NCBI GenBank assembly: GCA_965223665.1
Contig: OZ245011.1
Coordinates: 3,424,001 to 3,488,000, forward strand
DNA length: 64,000 bases
Reading direction: 5' to 3'
Origin: Nitrospinaceae bacterium
GTDB taxonomy: Bacteria; Nitrospinota; Nitrospinia; Nitrospinales; Nitrospinaceae
The translations under genes and the position numbers were made by a program. How positions within the stretch are numbered: position 1 is the stretch's first letter; each line of letters starts with the position of its first letter. The notes below the pieces were generated by a model. The model was not told the DNA's origin. It worked only from the letters and a program-made list of their open reading frames with translations, and did no database searches. Of this stretch, positions 41,664 through 49,602 are shown in pieces.

Positions 41664-42677
41664 TTAGAAATAAACTTTGACCTTAGCTTCCTTGCGTAGG
41701 GAATCTAAATAGGGCTTTTTCTTTTTCTTGATTTCTTCCTGCAAAAAGCTTTGACGGATATTTTCTTTTTCTTCATCAAATCCGCCCTTTGAGCCCTCCA
41801 CAATTCCTGTAAGCTTAAGTAGGTGTAGCCCGTGTTTTGAACGAAAAACGTCCGTTACATCTCCTACCTTTAATTTAAATGCTTTTTCAGCAAAAGGTTT
41901 AAACATATGGTCTTTGGTAAAAAGACCCAAATCTCCTCCTTTTTTGGCAAGAGAGTCCTGGGAGAATTCTTTGGCCAAATCAGAAAACTCGGTTCCCTTC
42001 TTTAATTCGGCTTGAATTTTTTGGATAACTTCTAATGCCTTTTTTTCGGCTTCTGTTTTGTCTTTCCCCTTAATTTTTACCAAAATGACACTTGCGCGAC
42101 GTTGCTCAGGCCGAGTAAATCGTTTTTTGTTTTTTTCATAGTAGTTTTTTAAAATTTCATCGGTTATTTTTATGTGAGCCCCAACCTCTTTTTCCAAAAC
42201 CGCATTTGCCAGAAAGTCATCTGCAAGTTGTTTTTTGTACGTCTCTAGTGTCAAACTTTGAGATTCTAACTTTTTTAAGAATGCTTCTTCAGATTTAAAT
42301 TTTTTTCTTACAGATTCAATTTGATTGTCTACTTTTTGAGTAGGAACGGGTATTTTCAATCCTTGTGCTTTTTGCAGGAGAAGATTGAAATATATTTCAT
42401 TGTCCAATAATTTTTTTGCAGCAATTTTTTCTTGTTCGTTAGTAAGTGCCATGCCGCGCGCTTTATATCGTTTGACACTTCTTTTTAAATCTTCCCAAAT
42501 ATCTTGTTTCTTAATATTCCTCCCATTCACTTGGGCTAATACTTCGGGAAGGGAAATAGAGGGCCCATCATCATGGTCGTGACCCGCATGAGCAAAAACC
42601 TGGGCGGGAACTGATAAGATTATGGATAAGCAAATAATAAATACCCATGTAATTTTGGTATTGGAACTGAAACTCAT
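41664..42677 (-). CDS. Exported PpiC-type peptidyl-prolyl isomerase (SurA/PrsA-like)
   Basis: Signal peptide; SurA N-like region; FSDLAKEFSQD, GGDLG and HGLHLLK. Confidence 0.9.
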   Translation of the reverse strand: MSFSSNTKITWVFIICLSIILSVPAQVFAHAGHDHDDGPSISLPEVLAQVNGRNIKKQDIWEDLKRSVKRYKARGMALTNEQEKIAAKKLLDNEIYFNLLLQKAQGLKIPVPTQKVDNQIESVRKKFKSEEAFLKKLESQSLTLETYKKQLADDFLANAVLEKEVGAHIKITDEILKNYYEKNKKRFTRPEQRRASVILVKIKGKDKTEAEKKALEVIQKIQAELKKGTEFSDLAKEFSQDSLAKKGGDLGLFTKDHMFKPFAEKAFKLKVGDVTDVFRSKHGLHLLKLTGIVEGSKGGFDEEKENIRQSFLQEEIKKKKKPYLDSLRKEAKVKVYF

Positions 42678-42793
42678 GACGTACCCTCTTGAATAAAGTT
42701 AAAATCACTTAATTTTTGGAAGCTTGATAATGAAAATAAATCGCGAGGTAGGGACTTGTCAACCTATTTCTAAATATTGGACTTAGGATTTTA

Positions 42794-43588
42794 TTATGGC
42801 AAAGGGAGGACGGTACGAAATCCGTAAATATTATTTTTTACTGTGGGTAAATTTCTGGCTCTTGTAGTCGCTTTCACCTCATCAATATTATTAACCCAGG
42901 AGCCCCCCCTTAATACTTTCATTTGTTTAGGTTCAGGTCCTTCAGGGTCCAATTCCGGGCTGAATTTGTAATACTCGGGGTCATACCAATCCAGACACCA
43001 TTCCCAGACATTTCCGGCCATATTTAAAACTCCAAATGGACTGGCACCTGATTGATAATAGGTTGCAGGGGCGGTGAATTTATATCGATCTTCCATTCCG
43101 TAAATATTTACAAAAAACAAATTAAATCCTTTAGCCCATTTCTCTCCCCACGGGTATAACCTCCCGTCATTTCCTCGAGCAGCTTTTTCCCATTCCGCTT
43201 CTGTGGGAAGACGTCGTCCTTTCCAACGTGCGTAAGCCATGGCATCAAACCAACTGACACCAACTACGGGTTGGTCGGGTTGGTTAAACCGGTCATCATC
43301 CCAGTATTTGGGCACAGGATGATTGGTCGATTCTACAAATTGCTTATATTCAGAGTTGGAGACTTCGTATTTATCAATAAAGAATGCCGAAGTGAAAACA
43401 TAGTGCAGGGGTTTTTGGTCTTCTTCTCCACTGGCAGTTCCCATAGGAAAATAACCCTCAGGAATATAAATCATACCCTGTGGTGGTTCCGGGTTAGCAA
43501 ACCCAAAAGAAAAAAAACCAAAGACAAAAATAAAGCTTAGATTTAAGCAGAAAAATTTAAAAATAAATTTAAAGTGGTTTTGACTCAT
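42794..43588 (-). CDS. Exported FGE-sulfatase domain protein
   Basis: QPVVGVSWFDA, RLPTEAEWEKAARG, NMAGNVWEW, RGGSW and GFR. Confidence 0.92.
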   Translation of the reverse strand: MSQNHFKFIFKFFCLNLSFIFVFGFFSFGFANPEPPQGMIYIPEGYFPMGTASGEEDQKPLHYVFTSAFFIDKYEVSNSEYKQFVESTNHPVPKYWDDDRFNQPDQPVVGVSWFDAMAYARWKGRRLPTEAEWEKAARGNDGRLYPWGEKWAKGFNLFFVNIYGMEDRYKFTAPATYYQSGASPFGVLNMAGNVWEWCLDWYDPEYYKFSPELDPEGPEPKQMKVLRGGSWVNNIDEVKATTRARNLPTVKNNIYGFRTVLPLP

Positions 43589-43812
43589 GAGACATCGAAG
43601 AATCCGATGTAAGTCACTACGTTGGTTTCGGGATCGATATGTAAATTCTTTTCAATATCTTGAATTTCGATCCATTTATAATGCCCATTCCAACAATGCA
43701 GAGAAAGAATCGAGTTGCCGTACCAATCGGAGCAATGGTTAAGAAACAGAGGGGCTTTGCATTTGTCGCAATGGCCTTCTATTTGAAATGGTTCTTTTTC
43801 TGCTTTTTTCAT
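43585..43812 (-). CDS. Small Cys/His-rich hypothetical protein (zinc-ribbon-like)
   Basis: HCDKC...HC...HCWNGH; ATGA-coupled to the downstream gene. Confidence 0.7.
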   Translation of the reverse strand: MKKAEKEPFQIEGHCDKCKAPLFLNHCSDWYGNSILSLHCWNGHYKWIEIQDIEKNLHIDPETNVVTYIGFFDVS

Positions 43813-44069
43813 GAGCCTTAGTTATTAACAATTATTAGGAGTTAATAATTTATAGTATGTATAAAATCTAAAACACTTCAAGTAAATTTTATAAAAAAAT
43901 TAAATTTTTGATGCGCATAAACCCTGATTTGTCAAGTGTTTTATTATGTCGGTTTTAATGGGATGCCAAAATGGGCTTAATAAAGCTAATAAGAAAATTG
44001 CTGTAAAAGCTTGTTTTCCGGGATTTTGATCATCTAATTTTAGGATTTTAATTCTTGTGTTTGTTGAAT

Positions 44070-44645
44070 TTAAAACCCATGATTTTGCAACATCTTTTTT
44101 ACAATTTCTATGGGTAAGCCGACAATGTTTGAGTACGAACCAGACCAGGAGTCAACCAGTTTAGCTCCCTTTCCTTGGATAGCATATGCGCCTGCTTTAT
44201 CCAAGGATTCCCCGGATTTAATATAGGTATCAATGGTTTCCTGAGTTAAGGGTTTAATTTTTACTTTTGAAACTTCGACGTCTTCCCACAAATTTCCCTT
44301 TGGATCAATTAAAGAAACAGCGGTCATGACTTCATGTTCTTTTCCCTTTAAGAGATTTAGAATTTTTGATGCGTCATTTGAATCTATTGGTTTCCCAATT
44401 ATGTTTCCTTCGAGTACAACAATAGTATCGGCTCCCAAAACAAAATGATCTGGATATATTTCATGGATTTTCTGTGCTTTTTTTCTAGCAATGCCTAAAG
44501 CATTTTTTTGGGGATTTAGACGTGGATCGAGGGTTTCTTCAATTGAGGCAGGTTTAACTTCAAAGGAATATCCCTCTGCCTTCAATAATTCGATTCGTCT
44601 AGGGGACTGAGAAGCTAGTATTAAATTGGGAGAATTATAAGTCAT
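44070..44645 (-). CDS. maf: Maf family nucleoside triphosphate pyrophosphatase
   Basis: LILASQSPRR, GADTIV, DKAGAYAIQG and NIVGLP. Confidence 0.95.
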   Translation of the reverse strand: MTYNSPNLILASQSPRRIELLKAEGYSFEVKPASIEETLDPRLNPQKNALGIARKKAQKIHEIYPDHFVLGADTIVVLEGNIIGKPIDSNDASKILNLLKGKEHEVMTAVSLIDPKGNLWEDVEVSKVKIKPLTQETIDTYIKSGESLDKAGAYAIQGKGAKLVDSWSGSYSNIVGLPIEIVKKMLQNHGF

Positions 44646-44816
44646 TGGTCACTGGAAATTTAAGCTGAAATAATTTAGTATATTTCCACCCAAACATTCA
44701 AGATTTGGTTGTAAGTTTATTAATAGAAATTTATTGGCTTTTGTAGGTTGATAAAAGATTGGTATTCAAATTACTAATTTTTTGGTAGTCCGTAAATATT
44801 TTGATTAGGTATTATA

Positions 44817-45221
44817 ATGGTTGGTTTTTCCCATAGAATCCAGGTAAGGCATATTGTAGTAGATAAAAAAGAGGTTGCCGATCTATTGAAATCTTCTGTA
44901 GACGAAATTAAAACCTCAGTAGGTCGAATACAAATGGTAATGCGATTGGCTGAAAAATATAGTATTTGTTCGACGAAAGAAGATGGTGGAAATTTAGGTT
45001 GGATAGAGTTAAGTTCAGATGATCCACGTATTAAAGATTATGACCCTGTATTAAAAAATCACGAACTTGAAGAAATTATTCGAAATAGTGTTAGGAACCA
45101 TCAGATATTTAAGGGTAAACTATTTGGCCCGGTACAAACAAAAGAGGGGTTTCATTTGCTTATGATAAGTAACGAGTTTGGGGAAGATCGCTCGACAGAG
45201 TTTACAGGTTCGGCTCTTTAG
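44817..45221 (+). CDS. Parvulin-like (PpiC) rotamase domain protein
   Basis: VRHIVV, AEKYSIC, GGNLGW and GPVQTKEGFHL. Confidence 0.85.
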   Translation: MVGFSHRIQVRHIVVDKKEVADLLKSSVDEIKTSVGRIQMVMRLAEKYSICSTKEDGGNLGWIELSSDDPRIKDYDPVLKNHELEEIIRNSVRNHQIFKGKLFGPVQTKEGFHLLMISNEFGEDRSTEFTGSAL

Positions 45222-46339
45222 GAGTTTGTCCCCAAAAATTGTTCCGCTTGCTCCTGGCTTTTGGCTTCTTGTTCAACAAAATTATATGCAAAGCATCCAC
45301 TTGAGCAACGAACCATGTAATGTGGACATGATTTGCAAGGCTCTTTGGTTTCTGTGTTTTCAAAAACATAATTAAGGAATTTAGATCCCATCTGAGCTGT
45401 TGAAATGGAGTTCACTTCTTTAAATTCTTGTATATTTCCCAGTTTCTGATTGTGGAATGGAAAGCAATTGAAGCAATCCCCTTTAGCGTCGATATCCATT
45501 GGACTTCCATCGGCACAGCCAAAATAAAATTGATGCTGTTTCCATTCCAATAAATCAGGAACCTGTTGAAATCCATGATAATAAAAACGTGAAACAAGAT
45601 CGTATTCATCCTCTTTGACATCATCCAAAAAACAAGGGGGGAAAGAACAATCAAATCGAAAACACATTTGAGGAAATTCTTTTAATAGATCTAACATTTG
45701 TCGCCCAACTTTTGGAAAATCTCTAATAGGTAAATAAATATTATTAATGTCTCCTACAATTGGGAAGGCCGGGCTTATCCTGATGCGGTAAGTTTTGTCT
45801 TTGGGTAATCCTATGTTTTGATAAATGTTGTCGATTTCTTGACATTGAGTGTGAAGATCTTGGTTTTTAGAGTATAAGTTAATGCTAAAGGTGACCCCGT
45901 ATCCATTAAGCTTTAAAAGTCGCCGGGCTACTTCATGGCAACGTTGGTGGTTTTTTTCAGATATATTTTCCAATGTTTGCCAATTCAGTAAAACCGAAAA
46001 GTTTATGTTCCGCTTGATACTTCCATTTACACCAATGGTATGCTCAAGTAACTCCAAAACTTTGTCCGGCATCAGTCCATTAGTAAAAATACCGAGATTG
46101 GAATAGGGTGATAGGTTTTCTAGAGTATTTGAAAAGATTTCATTAAAATGTGGATGGAGGGTAGGCTCACCTCCCATAAAATTGATTACACTAGCTGTTT
46201 TGATTTTTGGAAGTAGCTCATTCTGAAAATAGTCCAATTCTATTGATTTACCAGGAGTACGGACCGTTTCTTCCATATATTCATCTGCAAAGCAGTAATT
46301 ACACTTTAAATTGCAGTAACTATTTAAAATTATGTTCAT
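45218..46339 (-). CDS. Radical SAM protein with C-terminal SPASM-type Cys cluster
   Basis: CNLKCNYC, GGEPTLHP and FTNG; C-terminal C..G..C and CKSC..C..GC. ATG 46339 has a GAGGG SD (ORF track starts at 46420). Confidence 0.9.
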   Translation of the reverse strand: MNIILNSYCNLKCNYCFADEYMEETVRTPGKSIELDYFQNELLPKIKTASVINFMGGEPTLHPHFNEIFSNTLENLSPYSNLGIFTNGLMPDKVLELLEHTIGVNGSIKRNINFSVLLNWQTLENISEKNHQRCHEVARRLLKLNGYGVTFSINLYSKNQDLHTQCQEIDNIYQNIGLPKDKTYRIRISPAFPIVGDINNIYLPIRDFPKVGRQMLDLLKEFPQMCFRFDCSFPPCFLDDVKEDEYDLVSRFYYHGFQQVPDLLEWKQHQFYFGCADGSPMDIDAKGDCFNCFPFHNQKLGNIQEFKEVNSISTAQMGSKFLNYVFENTETKEPCKSCPHYMVRCSSGCFAYNFVEQEAKSQEQAEQFLGTNS

Positions 46340-46490
46340 TGACTGGCCCTCATTCAGGAGGGGCCAGAGTACAGATTCAAATTCAACTAATTTGTTTTTG
46401 AAAATTAGACATCCCTTCAATAAAGGGAATTTGAATTTATGCTGCCTTAATCACAACATATTTTATAAAATCTGTGCGCCAGCCATTTTT
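46340..46490 (-). promoter_or_regulatory. Candidate structured cis-regulatory RNA leader (SD-sequestering switch)
   Basis: Several nested helices, some needing G-U pairs that exist only on the minus strand; a GC-rich hairpin covers the SD (see findings). Confidence 0.4.
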
Positions 46491-46497
46491 AAATGGT

Positions 46498-46779
46498 TTA
46501 TGTTTCAAAAACTTTTTTTCTTCGAACAATTTGCCCGGTTCCAGCTTGTACCAACATTCTTAATTCAAACGGGTACGTGCGGCAGACATTTACAAATTTT
46601 TCAATAGCCAAGTTTTTTGCATCTGTTTCATCTTGCGATTCCACTTTTATTTCCCATGCGGTTTTTAAAGTGGGGATTCTTTCAAAGCAAGCTTCTTCTA
46701 ACCGTAGTGCCATTTCATCGGCAACTTCTTCAGCTAAACCTTGAATTTCTGTAACTACCAAAACATTATACGCTTGCAC
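46498..46779 (-). CDS. Hypothetical protein (93 aa)
   Basis: GTG start with a GGAGG SD; globular alpha/beta-like composition. Confidence 0.75.
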   Translation of the reverse strand: MQAYNVLVVTEIQGLAEEVADEMALRLEEACFERIPTLKTAWEIKVESQDETDAKNLAIEKFVNVCRTYPFELRMLVQAGTGQIVRRKKVFET

Positions 46780-46988
46780 TGAGGGACCTCCAAAAAAAGA
46801 CGGTCTTGAGTTAACTATTTAGGAAATTTTTTTGTGTATAATATCATATGGAGATAATCAAGGAATAATATCCTCCAAAGTTTCTGAACATCCGATATTC
46901 CTTTTTGCCAATACGCACCAAAAATCTCATCTATTTTTCAAAAGATATTTGATATTCCATTCATTAATTATTTGCCGAGTTAAAATCT

Positions 46989-48485
46989 TTGTCCCCTATA
47001 CAAAGCTTCATTGCTAATATTTCCTGGAACATATTTGGAAAAATCTGGATCCAAATTGTTTATTTTGCTCTTTCGGTGATAATTACTCGCTACTTAGGGA
47101 AAAATGCTTTAGGCCTTTACGCCACCCTACTGGTAATTCCAGCTTTCATGCGACTGGTTAACAGTTTGGGATTAGAAATGGCATTGCATAAAGTGTTGCC
47201 TGAACTGCAAGCAGAGGACCCTTCTTTAGGACAGGGGCGCTTTGTTTTACAAAAAGTACTTTTGGTCCGTCTATCTTCTTCCTTTTTACTATTGGCAGCT
47301 TTTTTCTATTTCCTTCCTCAATATGCTCAATGGATTGCAACTCCTGAACTGCTTAACTATCAAGGGATTTTAGCGATTTATTTTTTGGTGGTTGGAGTTA
47401 ATTCTTTATTCACGGCTGTTTTACAGACTTATTTAGATTACAAGTCGGTGATAATTGGTGAAGGGATTAACGCAATTTTGAATCTTTTCTTTTTACTATT
47501 TTTTATCCAAATGGATGCGGGTATTCAGGGGGTACTTTGGGCCTATGTCTTATCCTCAATTGCAAATTTTGCGTACTATTTTTTCCGGAGTAGAAATTAT
47601 TTTTTTGGGGAGAAAACTCCTACTGATCTGGCTGAAACACGTAGTTTAGCAGGAACTCTTTATTTAGTGAGTCTTATTAGCTTTGGCTTATTAACCCAAA
47701 CGGATGTTCTTTTTATGAATTTTTTCCAGGTGGCTGACGGTCACATTGGTTACTATTATCTGGCGACTTCTTTTGGTGGAATGTTGACTTTTGTTCTTTC
47801 AGGAATTGGAGCTTTGGCTCTCTCATTATTTTCAGATTCCTATACCCGGGAAGGTGAAGAAGGCCTTTCAAAAATTTGGATTTGGATTGTAGGATTTGCG
47901 GTATTTCTTACTGCTCCTATATATGTTTTTGCGGCGATTCAATCAGAACCCCTAATCACTTATGTTTATGGTTCTGCATTTTCTGAAGTAGGTAAGCTTT
48001 TAACTTTATATGTTGTATTTCTTGCTTTTCAACTTTGTCTGGGATCAGAAATGAATGGGTGGGTTTTAGTGGCAGTAGGCAAAAAGAATCAGGTTCTCAG
48101 GGTTAGTGTTGAAGGAAGTTTGCTAAATGTATTATTAGATATGTTATGGATTCCTGATAACGGAGAATGGGGTGCTGTTTTAGCCACTGGATCTACCATG
48201 ACCTTCATGGTATTTCGACAATTATTGATGGTTACTGACGTAATTAATGTTCGCGGAATATTTTCGTTAATTGCGAAATTTATGTGTCTGGCATTATTAG
48301 CTTTAATTCCCTGTTTGTTGGTTTCTTATATGAGAAACACTCATGTCCTTTGGAATGCTGCTATATATGGATCGACTTTTTTCTTTATCCTAGTTTGGGT
48401 AAAACCATTGCGACAAAAACAGTTGGGTTTTTTGTCTCAATGGTATCCTTCTTTAACTCCCGTTTTTGGATGGTTTTCTCGTTAA
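46989..48485 (+). CDS. Oligosaccharide flippase (Wzx/MOP superfamily)
   Basis: About 14 TM helices; ITRYLG...GLY, IGYY and G..GAVLAT patterns. Confidence 0.87.
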   Translation: MSPIQSFIANISWNIFGKIWIQIVYFALSVIITRYLGKNALGLYATLLVIPAFMRLVNSLGLEMALHKVLPELQAEDPSLGQGRFVLQKVLLVRLSSSFLLLAAFFYFLPQYAQWIATPELLNYQGILAIYFLVVGVNSLFTAVLQTYLDYKSVIIGEGINAILNLFFLLFFIQMDAGIQGVLWAYVLSSIANFAYYFFRSRNYFFGEKTPTDLAETRSLAGTLYLVSLISFGLLTQTDVLFMNFFQVADGHIGYYYLATSFGGMLTFVLSGIGALALSLFSDSYTREGEEGLSKIWIWIVGFAVFLTAPIYVFAAIQSEPLITYVYGSAFSEVGKLLTLYVVFLAFQLCLGSEMNGWVLVAVGKKNQVLRVSVEGSLLNVLLDMLWIPDNGEWGAVLATGSTMTFMVFRQLLMVTDVINVRGIFSLIAKFMCLALLALIPCLLVSYMRNTHVLWNAAIYGSTFFFILVWVKPLRQKQLGFLSQWYPSLTPVFGWFSR

Positions 48486-48535
48486 TCCTCAATGGATGGG
48501 AAATGTTTGCCGATAATAAAATTATTCAGGAGTAA

Positions 48536-49594
48536 ATGGCAATGTCCTTCCCAAATACATTTGAATTTTGTAATAAACTCGTTGGGCCGGGTCTTCCTGC
48601 TTTTGTCATTGCGGAAGTGGGTTTTAATCATAATGGTGATGTTGAGTTAGCCAAACAGTTGATTACTGCTGCTAAGGAAAATGGGGCCGATGCTGTAAAA
48701 CTGCAAACATGGAATGCTAAAGATTTTTATTCCACTCAATTTTTGGCAAAGGATCCCGATCAGCCCAATCAAACTATCGAATTTTACAAGTTTTTCCAAC
48801 GGTATGAGTTGTCAAAAGAGGACTATAAAGTTCTATTTGATTTTTCTAAACAAATAAATATTCCTTTATTTTCCACTCCCTTTGATGATGCTTCACTAGA
48901 CATGTTGGTGGAGATGGGAATGCCTGCAATTAAAATTGCTTCAGGAGATTTGACCCATCACCAGTTTATAAAATATGCTTCATCAAAGGGATTGCCAATT
49001 GTATTGTCAACTGGAATGGGAAACTTGGAGGAAATTGCTGCTGCCTTAGAAATTATTCAAAAGGGAAGTAATCCCCAAATTGTTCTTATGCATTGTGTAT
49101 CCAATTATCCCGCTAAACATGAAGAAATGAATTTGTCATGTATTCCTCATTTATCTTCAAAATTTAATGCCCCCGTTGGATTGTCTGATCATACTCTTGA
49201 TTTATTGGCCTCAACAATTGCTTGCTCATTGGGAGCGGTCATGATTGAAAAACATTTTACTTTGAATAGGGACTTACCTGGGGCCGATCAAAAAATTTCT
49301 ATGGAACCTTGGGATTTAAAACGACTTAAACAAATTACCCAAAGCGTCAATATGGCTTTGGGAGATTCGGAAAAAAAGGCCCAAGCTTCTGAAGAACCTG
49401 TCAAGTTAGGAGCTCGGCGCAGTGTAGTTGCTAAAGTTAAAATTGATTCAGGATCGGTTATTACCTTAGACATGCTTACCGCAAAACGCCCGGGAACCGG
49501 AATTTCGGTAATAGACATTCAACAGGTGGCGGGTCGCAAAGCGAAAGTTGCCATTCAAGAAGATCAAATTCTTACCTGGGACATGGTTACATAA
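48536..49594 (+). CDS. neuB: N-acetylneuraminate synthase family protein (nonulosonic acid synthase with SAF domain)
   Basis: IAEVGFNHNG, STPFD, KIASGD, HCVSNYP, GLSDHT, IEKHFT and KRPGTG. Product (Neu/Leg/Pse) cannot be determined from sequence alone. Confidence 0.9.
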   Translation: MAMSFPNTFEFCNKLVGPGLPAFVIAEVGFNHNGDVELAKQLITAAKENGADAVKLQTWNAKDFYSTQFLAKDPDQPNQTIEFYKFFQRYELSKEDYKVLFDFSKQINIPLFSTPFDDASLDMLVEMGMPAIKIASGDLTHHQFIKYASSKGLPIVLSTGMGNLEEIAAALEIIQKGSNPQIVLMHCVSNYPAKHEEMNLSCIPHLSSKFNAPVGLSDHTLDLLASTIACSLGAVMIEKHFTLNRDLPGADQKISMEPWDLKRLKQITQSVNMALGDSEKKAQASEEPVKLGARRSVVAKVKIDSGSVITLDMLTAKRPGTGISVIDIQQVAGRKAKVAIQEDQILTWDMVT

Positions 49595-49602
49595 TTTTTA
49601 TT

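Noticed and set aside
46332-46744. + strand ORFs of 91 and 83 aa as radical SAM precursor peptides
   Set aside because: Antisense to the 93-aa gene and the leader, no SD, no precursor-like features.
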